Assembly (NCBI GenBank): GCA_963726745.1
Contig: CAVSDR010000003.1
Span: 64,001-128,000 of the forward strand
Direction: 5' to 3'
From: an uncultured Verrucomicrobiae bacterium
GTDB taxonomy: Bacteria > Verrucomicrobiota > Verrucomicrobiia > Chthoniobacterales > UBA10450
DNA length: 64,000 nt
Below the pieces are notes generated by a model. It was given only the letters and a program-made list of their open reading frames with translations, had not been told where the DNA came from and made no database searches. A program made the translations under genes and the position numbers. Shown in pieces: positions 10,309-21,000 of this stretch; the stretch's first letter is position 1; each line of letters starts with the position of its first letter.

Positions 10309-11069
10309 TAGACCAACTGCACCCCGCAGTAGCCCACGAGCGCGAGTGTCTCCTCCCGCGGCGCGCGGACTTCGTGGCCTAACGAGGCGATCCAGGTGGC
10401 GTGCGCGCCCAGGGCGTGCCGCAACCCGAAATTAGCCGTCAAGATGTCGCGCGAGAAATTCGTCCGCGCGCTTCCGTGCAGCTCGGCCATGACGGAAGTC
10501 GTCTTGCTGGCCTCAATGCCGGCGACGATTCCGTAAAGCCATTCACTCCGCCCGACACTGCCGGCGAGCGGACCGAATTCGCAATCGAGCCCGAACGGGC
10601 CCAGCTTCCGCGCCAGCTGCAGCGGGATCTGGAAGCGCGTCCCATCCTCGGCCAAGCCGCGCCGGACCGAGGAAGTTCGGAGATTGAAGATGACCCGCGG
10701 AAACATCGACAGGTCGAAGCCGCTGCGCTCCTCATCGAGGAAACGCCATTTAACGGCTGCTTCCGTCCCGCCCAATCCGCCGAGCCAGCCGTGGCCACTG
10801 CGCTTCCGCAAGGCCAGCGGCGTTTGCAGGGTGAGCTGGAGGTTCTTCCCCAGCCCGTAGTTTAGATCGACCGCCGGGGCGTCGAGCAACCACTCGTTAG
10901 GCCGATGCTCCCCGGCGATCGCGAGATTGATTTCCCAGCGCCGATCGCCCGGCGTGCCGGGGTCGTCGGTAATCATCGGCGGACCGCCCTGCCCGCGCAG
11001 GCTCCCGAGCGCGAGCCCGCCCACGAGCAGGGCCAGCGCCGCCTTACTTTTTCTCGTGCCGCTCCGCAC
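10305..11069 (-). CDS. Putative outer-membrane beta-barrel protein
   Basis: Signal peptide, GGPPMITDDPGTPG motif, alternating beta pattern, terminal aromatic (QLVY). Confidence 0.6.
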   Translation of the reverse strand: MRSGTRKSKAALALLVGGLALGSLRGQGGPPMITDDPGTPGDRRWEINLAIAGEHRPNEWLLDAPAVDLNYGLGKNLQLTLQTPLALRKRSGHGWLGGLGGTEAAVKWRFLDEERSGFDLSMFPRVIFNLRTSSVRRGLAEDGTRFQIPLQLARKLGPFGLDCEFGPLAGSVGRSEWLYGIVAGIEASKTTSVMAELHGSARTNFSRDILTANFGLRHALGAHATWIASLGHEVRAPREETLALVGYCGVQLVY

Positions 11070-11394
11070 GCGCCTCGGCTTTCTCCTGCGCCGGGCTTTC
11101 CCTTTTAACGGAGATCACCTTGGCCGTCTTGGCATCGAGCAAGACTTCGGTCACGCCAGAAGTGTTTGGCTTGGTGACATCGAACGACCAAACCAGCCGG
11201 CCTTTCTCGCGTTCGAGTTCACCGCTCTTGATCGTTCCCCCGTGCGTCGCCGCGAGCGCGATGCGCTCGGCATGCATCCGGTTGACCTTCGCCTCGCGGA
11301 GCAACTCCCGCTCCCCCGCGACCGCCGTTGTGCTCACCGCGAACAGGACCATCGCCGCGCTCGCCCACCCCGCCACGACATGCAGTTTCATCAT
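11044..11394 (-). CDS. PepSY-domain secreted protein
   Basis: Signal peptide; AERIALA..G.IKSGELEREKGRLVWSFDV..EVLLDAKTAKVI. Confidence 0.85.
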   Translation of the reverse strand: MMKLHVVAGWASAAMVLFAVSTTAVAGERELLREAKVNRMHAERIALAATHGGTIKSGELEREKGRLVWSFDVTKPNTSGVTEVLLDAKTAKVISVKRESPAQEKAEARAERHEKK

Positions 11395-11433
11395 GGTCGG
11401 AAAGCTGACGCAGATGCGGCGTCGTGTCACCGC

Positions 11434-12462
11434 TCAACTTTGGTGCGGGCCGTAGACCAGCAGCTTCATCGAGCCTGGCACCATCGCGGGCCGGCCCGGC
11501 GTGGCGCCGGGTGCAGGTGAAGTAGCTGGCTGATACTCCGCCGCCGGCAGGTAAATCCGGTGCGTCGCCGGATCAAGCGCGATGGTGCGCGCGCTTCGCT
11601 GGGTCGCGAGCGACTGGACCACCTTCAACTCGTTAGGCGAGGTTTCCTGCGCGATCGTGACCACGCCCTCGCCGCAGGAGGCGAAGGCAAGTTGCATCTC
11701 CTGGTCAAAGGCGCAGCCATCCACGCCCCGCGCGATCGGCACCGTGGCCACCACCTTGCCCGACGCCGTATCAAGCATGGTCATCATCTGGTTGTGACAG
11801 GTGGAAAAGAGCCGGTGATTCGTGGCGTCGAAGGCGATCCCGGTGGGCTCTTCGCCCGGAGCCAGCGGCCAGCGCGCGACCACCGCATGCGTCGCGGTGT
11901 CGATCACGGCGACCTCGCTCTTGTCCTCGAGATTAACGTAGACGCGGCCGGTCGACGCATCATAGGCGGCAAACTCCGGGCTGCCCTCGAGTGCGACTGT
12001 AGCGACCACTTTCGGATCTTTCGCGTCGATCACGGTCGCGGAGTTTCCGGAGTGGTTGAAGACGTAGACTTCGCCCCGCTGGTCGTCGTAAGCCATCGCG
12101 TCTGGGTTCTCCCCGGTCGCGAATTGCGCGATCGGTTTGAGCGTTTTCAAGTCGATCACGCTGCACTTGTTTTCCTTCCCGTTGGAAGTGAAGCCACGCT
12201 GCAGCTCCGGCACCGGGAGCAATTGATGCACTCCAGGTAGATTTTCGATCTCGCCCGCAACGGCGTTCTTCTCCAGATCGATCACGACCACCTTGGTCGC
12301 GTGCGAAAGGTAAAGGCAATGCGCCGCGGAATCGACGCTGAGGATATCCCACCCGCCTTCGCCGCCGATCGGGATTTGCGTGATCGCCTGGTAAGGTGCG
12401 TCGCTGGCCGCGGAAGCGGAGGAAAGCAGCGCCGCGCCGAGGAGGAGAGAGAGGATTCGCAT
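11434..12462 (-). CDS. YncE/YVTN-type beta-propeller secreted protein
   Basis: Signal peptide MRILSLLLGAA; IGGEGGWD, TGENPDAM, GEEPTGIAFD, ARTIALD repeats. Confidence 0.85.
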   Translation of the reverse strand: MRILSLLLGAALLSSASAASDAPYQAITQIPIGGEGGWDILSVDSAAHCLYLSHATKVVVIDLEKNAVAGEIENLPGVHQLLPVPELQRGFTSNGKENKCSVIDLKTLKPIAQFATGENPDAMAYDDQRGEVYVFNHSGNSATVIDAKDPKVVATVALEGSPEFAAYDASTGRVYVNLEDKSEVAVIDTATHAVVARWPLAPGEEPTGIAFDATNHRLFSTCHNQMMTMLDTASGKVVATVPIARGVDGCAFDQEMQLAFASCGEGVVTIAQETSPNELKVVQSLATQRSARTIALDPATHRIYLPAAEYQPATSPAPGATPGRPAMVPGSMKLLVYGPHQS

Positions 12463-12540
12463 GGCCACCTTTAGCGCAGATTTGGGGCGGCGCACCCCAT
12501 TGCAGGCAGCGGCGCGTCGTCGTATGACAGGCGCACATCC

Positions 12541-14340
12541 ATGAACGAACTCGAGACGCCGACGCGCGCGGACCTTCCGGAAAACGACAAGTGGGACCTG
12601 ACCCAGCTCTTTGAAAACGTCGGCAAATGGCAGGAGGACGTCGCCTGGATTACCGCGACTTATCCGCGGCTCGTGGAATGGAAAGGCCGCGTCGGCGAAT
12701 CCGCGGAGACGCTCGCAGGGTTGCTCCAATTCGAGACGGCGCTCGACCGAAAGATCGAGCGCGTTTACCACTTCGCCTCCCTCCAGCTCGCGGAAGACAG
12801 CGCGAATAACGACTACCTCTCGCGCATCGGGCAGCTGCAGAATTTAATGACGCAGATCGGCGAGCTCAGCGCCTTCATCGTCCCGGAAATTCAGGCGATC
12901 GACGACGCGCGCTGGGCAGAATTTTTAGCCGACGCTTCGTTAGCCGAATGGCGCATCAGCTTGCACAAGATCCGCCGGATGCGGCCGCACATTCTCAGCG
13001 AGCGCGAGGAGCGTTTGCTCGCCCTCGGGAGCGCTGCGCTCGACGGCTACGACACCGCTTTCTCGCAACTGACCGACGTGGACATGAAGTTCGGGGTGCT
13101 CATCGATGAGCAGGGCCGCGAGCGTCCTCTCACCCAAAGCTCCTACAGTTCTTTCCTGCTCAAGCGGGATCACGAATTGCGGAAGCGCGCCTTCCACCAG
13201 TTCTACGCCGAGTTCCAGGATCACCAATACACCCTCGCCACCGCGCTGGCGTATTCGGTCAAGGCGGACGTCTTTCGCGCTCGCGCGCGCAATCACTCGA
13301 GTGCGCTCGCGGCTTCGCTCTTCCACGATGACGTCCCGGTGGCGGTCTACGATGGCTTGATTGGCGCCGTCCGCGCCGGCGTGCCGGCCTTGTTGCGTTA
13401 CTACGCTTTGCGAAAGCGCGTGCTCGGGCTCGACGAGCTGCACGCTTACGACACCTACGTGCCGCTGGTCGCGGAGATCGAGACGCGCATTCCCTTCGAC
13501 GAAGCGATCGCGAAAGTGACCGACTCGTTAGCCCCGCTGGGCGAGGAATACGTGCGCACTTTAGCCAGCGGCTTGCGTGGGCGCTGGTGCGATCGTTACG
13601 AGTCGAAAGGCAAACGCAGCGGTGCTTTCTCCAGCGGGAGCTACGGCGCGCCGCCCTATATCCTGATGAACTACAAGGAGGACGTCTTCGCCGATGTCTA
13701 CACCCTGGCGCATGAGGCCGGGCACTCGATGCACACCTGGTTCTCGCAAAAGAGCCAGCCGTATCAGGACTACCACTACCCGATCTTCCTCGCGGAAGTA
13801 GCCAGCACTTTCAACGAAGAGCTGCTGACGCATCACCTGCTCGAGCTCACGACCGACCCGAAGATGCGGGCCTACATCATCAACCGGCAGATTGACGACA
13901 TTCGCGGGACCGTCTTCCGCCAGACGATGTTCGCCGAGTTCGAGAAAGTTATCCACGCGATCGAAGAAAGCGGCGAAGCGCTCACGCTCGACGTTTTCAA
14001 AGCGGAATACCGAAAGCTGCTCGAGGCTTACTTCGGCGACGCCGTCGTGCTCGATCCGGAGCTGGAATTGGAGTGCCTGCGCATCCCGCATTTTTACAGC
14101 GCCTTCTACGTCTACAAATACGCCACCGGCATTTCCGCCGCGGTCGCGCTCTCGCAGAAAGTGCTGACTAACGAGCCGGGCGCGGTCGAAGCCTATCTCG
14201 GATTCCTCCGGTCGGGCGGTGCAAAATTCCCGCTCGAAACCTTGCGCGCCGCCGGCGTCGACATGTCCAGCCCGGAGCCCATCGCGCGCACCATCGCGCT
14301 CTTCGAGCAGCGCGTGCGCGAGCTCGAAGGTCTGCTCTAG
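12541..14340 (+). CDS. pepF: Oligoendopeptidase F (M3B)
   Basis: KWDLT, GKRSGAFS, YILMNY, HEAGH zinc motif, AEVASTFNE, RIPHFY..YVYKYATG. Confidence 0.95.
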   Translation: MNELETPTRADLPENDKWDLTQLFENVGKWQEDVAWITATYPRLVEWKGRVGESAETLAGLLQFETALDRKIERVYHFASLQLAEDSANNDYLSRIGQLQNLMTQIGELSAFIVPEIQAIDDARWAEFLADASLAEWRISLHKIRRMRPHILSEREERLLALGSAALDGYDTAFSQLTDVDMKFGVLIDEQGRERPLTQSSYSSFLLKRDHELRKRAFHQFYAEFQDHQYTLATALAYSVKADVFRARARNHSSALAASLFHDDVPVAVYDGLIGAVRAGVPALLRYYALRKRVLGLDELHAYDTYVPLVAEIETRIPFDEAIAKVTDSLAPLGEEYVRTLASGLRGRWCDRYESKGKRSGAFSSGSYGAPPYILMNYKEDVFADVYTLAHEAGHSMHTWFSQKSQPYQDYHYPIFLAEVASTFNEELLTHHLLELTTDPKMRAYIINRQIDDIRGTVFRQTMFAEFEKVIHAIEESGEALTLDVFKAEYRKLLEAYFGDAVVLDPELELECLRIPHFYSAFYVYKYATGISAAVALSQKVLTNEPGAVEAYLGFLRSGGAKFPLETLRAAGVDMSSPEPIARTIALFEQRVRELEGLL

Positions 14341-14349
14341 CGAGCGGAG

Positions 14350-14847
14350 TTGGCCCACGGACTGCTAAAGCAGGAGAACGTGGAGTTTGAAAGACAAGTG
14401 CAGGCCGCCTGCGGCTATGCCGAGCTCGGGATGTTTCGCGAGTCGCTCGCCGAACTCGATGCCATCCCGGCGCGCTGGCAAAAACGCCCCGAGGTGCTGC
14501 ACCTCCGCCTCCACCACCAGATGCGTCGGCAACGTTGGGGGCACGCCCTGCGGATCAGCCAAATGCTTTGCCGCGCAGCGCCGGACTGCGGCACCGGCTT
14601 CCTCCACGCCGGCTTTTGCCTGCACCGCCTCGGCCGCACCGAGGAGGCAAAAAATCTTCTCGCGATGGGTCCGGTCGCGCTTCTGAAAGACCCGGTCTAC
14701 TACTACAACATGGGCTGCTACGACGCTCTCCTCGGCAACGTGGAGCAAGCCGCGAAGCATTTGAAGATCAGCTTCCGCATGGACTCGAGCTTTCGCGAAA
14801 TCGCGCGGCACGATCCCGACCTCGAAGTGCTCCACGGGATCATCTGA
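14350..14847 (+). CDS. Small TPR protein
   Basis: AACGYAELGM, YYYNMGCYDALLG..A, IARHDPDL TPR-like helices; start codon uncertain. Confidence 0.75.
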   Translation: MAHGLLKQENVEFERQVQAACGYAELGMFRESLAELDAIPARWQKRPEVLHLRLHHQMRRQRWGHALRISQMLCRAAPDCGTGFLHAGFCLHRLGRTEEAKNLLAMGPVALLKDPVYYYNMGCYDALLGNVEQAAKHLKISFRMDSSFREIARHDPDLEVLHGII

Positions 14848-14879
14848 CAAGTTTCGCGGCGCTGTTAGCGTCCGGTGCG

Positions 14880-16025
14880 ATGACTCTCGATCCCGAGCGC
14901 TTGCGCGCACGCCTGACGCCGCTTTTTGAGGAAAACTTCGAACGCCGTGGCGAGCTCGGAGCCGCGGTCTCGATCTGGCAGCACGGCCGGCCGTTGGTGG
15001 AATTACACGGCGGCTTCCGCGATGCGCGCCGCGAGCAGCCATGGACCGCGGAGACGCTCGTGCTCGTCTGGTCGGCGACCAAAGGCCTGGGCGCGGCCTG
15101 CGTGCTCCATCTCCTGGAGCGCGAAGGAATCGGGCTGGACCGACGGGTGGCAGAGTTTTGGCCGGAGTTTTCCGGCGGCGGCAAAGGGGAGGTCTCGTTA
15201 GGGCAATTGCTCTCGCACCAGGCGGGGCTGGCCGGGCTCGATGAGCGCGTGGAGGTGCAGGACTACGCCGCCGTGATCGCGGCGCTCGAACGCCAGGCGC
15301 CACTCTGGCCGCCGGGGACGGCGCATGGGTATCACGCGCGGACGTTTGGTTTCCTGCTTGATGAGCTCGTGCGGCGAATTAGCCAGCAACCTCTGGCGGG
15401 GTATTGGCGGGAAAATTTTGCCGACCCGATGGCGCTTGATCTTTGGATTGGTCTGCCCCCGGCCGAGCACGCGCGCGTGGCCACGATCTATGCGGCCAAG
15501 TCCGGCAAGCCACCGGAGCCGGCGCAATTCTACCGCGACCTGGCCACGCCCGGGACGCTCGCGCGCAAAGTCTTCACCTCGCCCGCGGGGCTGCACGCGG
15601 TCAGCGGAATGAACGCGCCGGAAGTGCGCGCGCTCCCGCTGGTCTCGTTTGGCGGGATCGGGAGCGCGAGCGCGCTGGCTAAATTCTATGCGATGCTGGC
15701 CCACGGCGGCGAACTCGACGGCCGCCGCTATTTCTCCGCGGAAACGCTCGCGCGCATGAGCACCACGCTGACCTCGGGGATTGATCGCGTCTTTCAAATC
15801 CCGACCGCTTTCTCTGCCGGCTTCATGCAAAACGTCCCGCCGCCGGCGCGCCCGATTTTCGGACCGTCACGGGGCGCATTTGGGCATCCCGGCGCAGGGG
15901 GGAGCCACGCCTTCGCCGATCCGGAGAACGGGCTTAGCTTCGCCTACGTAATGAACCAGATGGAGCAATCGCTTTTGCCTAACGAGAAATCGCTCCGGCT
16001 GGTCGAGGCGCTCTACGCGCGCTGA
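14880..16025 (+). CDS. Serine hydrolase (beta-lactamase/EstA-like)
   Basis: WSATK (SxxK), LLSHQAGL, GYHARTFG, FGHPGAGGS. Confidence 0.9.
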   Translation: MTLDPERLRARLTPLFEENFERRGELGAAVSIWQHGRPLVELHGGFRDARREQPWTAETLVLVWSATKGLGAACVLHLLEREGIGLDRRVAEFWPEFSGGGKGEVSLGQLLSHQAGLAGLDERVEVQDYAAVIAALERQAPLWPPGTAHGYHARTFGFLLDELVRRISQQPLAGYWRENFADPMALDLWIGLPPAEHARVATIYAAKSGKPPEPAQFYRDLATPGTLARKVFTSPAGLHAVSGMNAPEVRALPLVSFGGIGSASALAKFYAMLAHGGELDGRRYFSAETLARMSTTLTSGIDRVFQIPTAFSAGFMQNVPPPARPIFGPSRGAFGHPGAGGSHAFADPENGLSFAYVMNQMEQSLLPNEKSLRLVEALYAR

Positions 16026-16035
16026 AAGTGCCGGC

Positions 16036-16072
16036 TAAAAAAAAGAGCGCCCGGATTTTTCACCCGGGCGCC
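16036..16072 (-). terminator. Rho-independent terminator for the small lipoprotein gene (possibly bidirectional)
   Basis: GCGCCCGG-atttttcac-CCGGGCGC stem preceded on + by an A8 run (U-tract on the minus strand), between convergent genes. Confidence 0.7.
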
Positions 16073-16096
16073 CTTCGTGATTGCTCGCCTCGCGGC

Positions 16097-16276
16097 TTAG
16101 TAGCCGGTGGTGCGCGTCGTCGTGGTCTGTGTGCTCGCCGGTGCGGTCACCACGGAAGATTCGCGATGAACCGTGGTCGAAGTGGTCGACGGCGTCGGGT
16201 CGACCACGGTGGTGCAGGAGCTGAGGGCGACAACGGTGAGAAGAGGCAGGATCGTGAGTGTAAGCAGTTTTTTCAT
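16097..16276 (-). CDS. Small Thr-rich lipoprotein (59 aa)
   Basis: MKKLLTLTILPLLTVVALSSC lipobox followed by a Thr/Ser-rich tail; has its own terminator. Confidence 0.75.
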   Translation of the reverse strand: MKKLLTLTILPLLTVVALSSCTTVVDPTPSTTSTTVHRESSVVTAPASTQTTTTRTTGY

Positions 16277-16384
16277 AATATGTTGGTCTAACGAAGATTC
16301 GGAGCGCGCTGCGCCGGTGATCGTATGAATTTTTCGGAAAGGCCAACGGTTGCGGGCGCGAGGCGCGCGCGCTAGCGGAAAGGG

Positions 16385-16807
16385 ATGATGCGAGCGCATG
16401 CGACCAGCTTTGCCGTGTCGACCCAGGGCAAGGGGACCTACGAGATCACGGAGGAAGTCGCGCAGGCCGTCGGCGCGAGCGGCGTGCAGACCGGAAGTGC
16501 AACCGTTTTCCTGCAGCACACGAGCGCGAGCCTGGTCATCTTTGAGAACGCCGACCGCTCCGCGCGGGTCGATCTGCACGAATTTTTCGAGCGCCTCGTG
16601 CCCGAAGATGCCGGCTATTTCTCCCACACTTCCGAAGGCGCAGACGACTCCACCTCGCACCTGCGCATGGTGCTGACGCGCTCGAGCGAAACCATCCCGA
16701 TCGTCGAGGGCCGGCTGGCGCTCGGGACCTGGCAGGGGATTTATCTTTTCGAACATCGGCGCGCGCCGCATCGGCGGCGGCTGGTCGTGACCATCCTCGG
16801 CGAATGA
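16385..16807 (+). CDS. yjbQ: YjbQ/UPF0047 family protein
   Basis: QHTSASL..ENAD, H..EGADD..SHLR, LGTWQGIYLFEHR. Confidence 0.92.
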   Translation: MMRAHATSFAVSTQGKGTYEITEEVAQAVGASGVQTGSATVFLQHTSASLVIFENADRSARVDLHEFFERLVPEDAGYFSHTSEGADDSTSHLRMVLTRSSETIPIVEGRLALGTWQGIYLFEHRRAPHRRRLVVTILGE

Positions 16808-17274
16808 AGACCACTCTGGTTCTGACCCTCCTCCTGTTGCAGAGCGCGCTGGCTCTTTCCTCGCCGGCATCGCTCGAGATCAACCAGCTTTATCGCCGCG
16901 GTCTCGCGGGCGATGCGGCTGCGGTGAACGAATGCATCGCGCGCCTCGAGGCCGTTCTGCAAAAGGAGCCGGCGAACCAATTGGCGCGAGTCTATCTCGG
17001 CAGTGCCTACACCTTGCGCAGCCGCGACCTTGGCTTCGGTCCGCAAAAATTATCCGCGCTGCGCCATGGCCTCGCCCTGATGGATGAAGCGGTCGCCGCC
17101 GCGCCCGCAGATGGCAAAATTCTCCTGGCGCGCGCGCTCACCACCGAGGCGCTCCCGGGCTTCTTCGGACGCGGCGCACAAAGCCGACGCGACTTCGCCT
17201 GGCTGGCGGAGCACGCGGCGAAGCTCGACCCGGATGACCGGCGCACGGTGGCGGAACACGTGCGCGCCAAGTGA
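16804..17274 (+). CDS. Secreted TPR-like hypothetical protein
   Basis: Signal peptide; YLGSAY, MDEAV..AP, LPGFFGR helical repeats; 4-nt overlaps with both neighbours. Confidence 0.65.
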   Translation: MKTTLVLTLLLLQSALALSSPASLEINQLYRRGLAGDAAAVNECIARLEAVLQKEPANQLARVYLGSAYTLRSRDLGFGPQKLSALRHGLALMDEAVAAAPADGKILLARALTTEALPGFFGRGAQSRRDFAWLAEHAAKLDPDDRRTVAEHVRAK

Positions 17275-17852
17275 GCGCTCGCCCGCCTGCGAAACTTCGG
17301 GATACTGCACGCATGCAGGACGATCTCGCGCGCGTGCTTTACAACGAGTCGACGATTCTGGCGCGGCTCGATGAAATTGCCGCGCAGATCACCGACGACT
17401 ATCGCAACCAGGAGCTGACCGTGATCGCGGTGTTGAACGGCAGCCTGATCTTCATGGCCGATCTCCTGCGCCGCATTCCCCTGCCCCTGAAACTCGATTG
17501 CCTGAGCGTCGCCAGCTACCACGGCGGGACGAAATCCACCGGCGAAATTGTCTTCAAGCAAATCGCCCTGCCGGACGTGGCCGGGCGGCACATCCTCTTG
17601 TTAGACGACATTCTCGACAGCGGCCTGACGTTGCACACCATCCGCCGGAAGCTCGAGGAAGCGAAGCCGCTGAGCGTGCGGCTGTGCGTTCTCCTGGAGA
17701 AGAAAATCGAGCGCGCGGTCGAGGTGAAGGCGGACTACGTGGCCTTCCAGATCGCGAATGAATTCGTCGTCGGCTACGGGCTCGATTACATGGAGCGCTA
17801 CCGCAATCTCCCGTGCATCGGCGTGCTCCGGCCGGACATGATCGGGCGATGA
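17271..17852 (+). CDS. hpt: Hypoxanthine phosphoribosyltransferase
   Basis: VLNGSLIFMADL, LLLDDILDSGLTL PRPP loop, FVVGYGLDY..YRNLP; start may be ATG 17313. Confidence 0.95.
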   Translation: MSARPPAKLRDTARMQDDLARVLYNESTILARLDEIAAQITDDYRNQELTVIAVLNGSLIFMADLLRRIPLPLKLDCLSVASYHGGTKSTGEIVFKQIALPDVAGRHILLLDDILDSGLTLHTIRRKLEEAKPLSVRLCVLLEKKIERAVEVKADYVAFQIANEFVVGYGLDYMERYRNLPCIGVLRPDMIGR

Positions 17853-18085
17853 AAATCCTCTTCTTCTCGCACCTGCGCGACGCCGTGGGCACGGGTGAAA
17901 TCGAGCACGCCCCGCGCGGGACGACCGTTGCCGATTTACTCGACGAGCTTTACGCGCAATACCCGAAGCTGCGCGCGTGGGACGCGAGCCTGCTCATCGG
18001 CGCCGGGGTGGAATTCGTCGGCCGCGACTACATCCTGCTGCCTAACGAAGAGATCGCACTCATGCCGCCGGTGCAGGGCGGCTAG
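17849..18085 (+). CDS. moaD: MoaD/ThiS sulfur-carrier protein
   Basis: MKILFFSHLRDAVG..TVADLL..EIALMPPVQGG with C-terminal GG. Confidence 0.85.
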   Translation: MKILFFSHLRDAVGTGEIEHAPRGTTVADLLDELYAQYPKLRAWDASLLIGAGVEFVGRDYILLPNEEIALMPPVQGG

Positions 18086-21000
18086 TCGAGCGTGTAGATC
18101 TCCACCGTGGCCACGCCGCTGGTGTTATTTTTCCCGCGCACGATCGCGGTGTAGGCCGCGCGTTCGGCCGGGAGCGTGGCGATCAAAGCTGCTTCGCGAT
18201 CATCCGGCGGCGGGACCGTGCTGGCGATGATCTCGGCTTCCTGATCGCTCCGCCAGTTGTCGTTCGCGCCCAGGAGCGCGCCGTTTTGATCGATCAATTC
18301 CAACGTCGTGTCGGCTAATTTTCCCGCGACCGTGAGCGACGGCCCGAGCGAGCGCACGAGGACGCGCTTGCTTCCGGTGCCGCTGACGATGAAGCCGCCG
18401 ATCAAGACGTTGTTGCCCGTCTGGACAAAGCCGCGGCTGGAGATGTTGGCCAGCTTCGCATCGCCGGTGACGTCGAGCTCATAGATCTCGACCGTAGCAA
18501 TACCGCTGGTGCCGCCGGCTCCGCGCACGATGGCAGTGTAGCCCGCGCGATTTGACGGCAGCGTCACGAGGATCGCAGGCTCGGCGTCATTCGGAGGCGC
18601 GACCGTGCTGTCGATGATTTCCTGGCGATTGGGCGCGTCCTGCCAGTTGTCGTTGGTGGCGATCGATCCGCCGGGGCCGATCAATTCCAGCGTGGGATCG
18701 GCCAGATTCCCGGCGAGGCCGAGCGACGGTCCGCGCGCGCGGATGAGGAAGCGCTTCGGATCGGTGCCGGTGACGATGAAGCCGCCGATAAGGACGTTGT
18801 CACCCGTCTGCACAGAAAGACGGGTGGAAATGTTGCCGAAGACCGCCGGACGCGGCGTCGCGGTCGCGCGTCGGGCGAGTCGGCGTCGGCGTCGGCGTCG
18901 GCGTTGGCGTTGGCGTTGGCGTTGGCGTTGGCGTTGGCGTTGGCGTTGGCGTTGGCGTTGGCGTTGGCGTTGGCGTTGGCGTTGGCGTTGGCGTTGGCGT
19001 TGGCGTTGGCGTTGGCGTTGGCGTTGGCGTTGGCGTTGGCGTTGGCGTTGGCGTTGGCGTTGGCGTTGGCTGCACTTCGAAGGCGCCGAGGTCGGCGCCG
19101 TCGCCGGTGCCAGGGTTAGGAATCGGGAGATCCACTGGACGCGGGAGGCCGCGTTGGTCGTCGCGTGTGATTCCCGGCGAAGTGACGGCATCGAGGGCGG
19201 GGCTGTCGGCTTGCAGCGCATGCGTGCGGCTGCGCCCGCCGTTGTCCTGCAAGGCCCCGAGTTTCGGGTCGACCGGGGCCGCGCTCGTGCCGACGAGCGC
19301 GCTCGGCGGGAAAGCGCTCTCGGCGCTCTCGTTAGTCCCGATTAAATTATTCCCCACCGGCTCGAGCGTCCCGGCGTAGCGGAAAATATCCTGCGGGCCG
19401 GAGGTGTTGAAGTTGCCGGCTAAAATGCTGTTCTCGACCCGCGTGACCGAGGTGCCCTCGAGGGCCAGGCCGCCGCGTCGAGTGTTGCCGGTGATGGTGT
19501 TGTGCAGCAGCTCGAGCGCACCCGAGCTGACGTAGATCCCGCCACCAAGGTTGCCGGAGACGGTGCAATTCGTGAGGTGGACTTCCGAGAAAGTCGCGCG
19601 CAGGGCGGCATCGTCGATCACGTTTCCAGCGAGGGTGCAGCGGTAGAAATCGACCACGCCCACGCGCACGAAAATGGCGGCATCGGCGGCGTTGTCGCGG
19701 AAAGAGCAATCGACTGCGAGGAGCGCGTTGTTGTTCAGGAAAAGGCCCGCGCCGAGCAGGCCCGTCTTCCCATCGCGGAGGGTCAGGCCGCGAAGGCTGA
19801 GACTCATCGCGCCGGCAGTGCTGAAGATGCGTGACTGGTTTCCGCCGCTCAAACTGACGCCGGCCGGAAGCGCGCTGGCATCGATCTCCTGGCTGCTCCC
19901 GGCGACCAAGGTGAGCTGGCCGGTCTGCAGGACGATGACCGCGCCATTGAGCGCCGGGTCGAAGACAACCCGCGTATCCGGCGCGCTCACCGCCGCGAGC
20001 GTCCCACGGAGAGAGCCGGGCCCGGCATCGTTCGCGTTCGTGACCACGACCACCGGCCCGCGCTCGACCGCGCCGAGATCGGGCGCGCTGCCGCTGCGCG
20101 GGAAACCGCGTTGATCGCCCGCGAGCGCGGAGCCGCCGGCGGCATCGAGCGCCGGACTGTCCGGACGGGGCGCGAGGGTGCGCGTACGTCCGCCGGTATT
20201 GCCCAGCGGGCCAAGGCGCGGATTTGCTGGCGCGGTCGAAGTGCCGACGAGCGGCGGCGCAGCCGGAAACTCCGCGGCGACCGTTTGGTTGCTCCCGATA
20301 AGGCTCGGGCCGACGGCGGTGACGCTGCCACCAGCCTTCAAGATATCGGGCGGCGTGGCGTTACTGGAGAAATTTGCCGCCAGGATGCAGCGCTCGACCG
20401 AGAGTTGCATCCCGGTGTAAATGCCGCCGCCGCCGAGATAGCCGGCATTCTCCGAAATGGTGGTGTGCCGCAAGGTGAGCAAGCCGCCCAAGCCGGTGAT
20501 CGCGCCGGTGCTTCCGGGATCGGTCGCGCGGTTTTGCGTGAGGGTGCAGTTTTCCAAGGTGGCGGTGCGCGCGCCTTGGATCCAAAAAGCGGAGTCGGCC
20601 TGGATGTTGCCGGAAAGAGTGCAGCGCTGGAGCAAAATGTGGCCCGTGCCTTCGCCGTAGATCGCGCCTCCGTAGCGCCCGGTGTTGTTGCCTAACGAGC
20701 AATCTTGCAGGACGAGCTGGGCGCCGCCGGCGACGAAGATCGCGCCGCCATCGTCGTCCAGGCCGGAGTTCCCGCGGGTGAGCTGCACGGCCTGGAGAGT
20801 GAAGGTGCCGGCATTCACCTGGAAGATACGGCTGGCGCCATTACCGCTCAGGCGGATGCCGCCCGGCAGAGTGCTGGCATTGATCGTGAGGTCGGTCGCG
20901 CTGACGATCTGGCCGCTGGTCAGGACGATCGTGAGACCGTTGAGCGACGAGGAAAATTGCACCTCGGAGCCGGGCGCGGCCGCGGCCTCCGCTACGGTCT

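Noticed and set aside
18881..19070. Possible CRISPR array
   Set aside because: Pure hexamer tandem repeat with no spacers, and no cas genes in the window.
18605..19345. ORFs with poly-(RW), poly-(QR) and poly-(AL) tracts
   Set aside because: These are alternative-frame readings of the (CCAACG)n Pro-Thr linker; only the PT frame is continuous with the signal-peptide-bearing protein.
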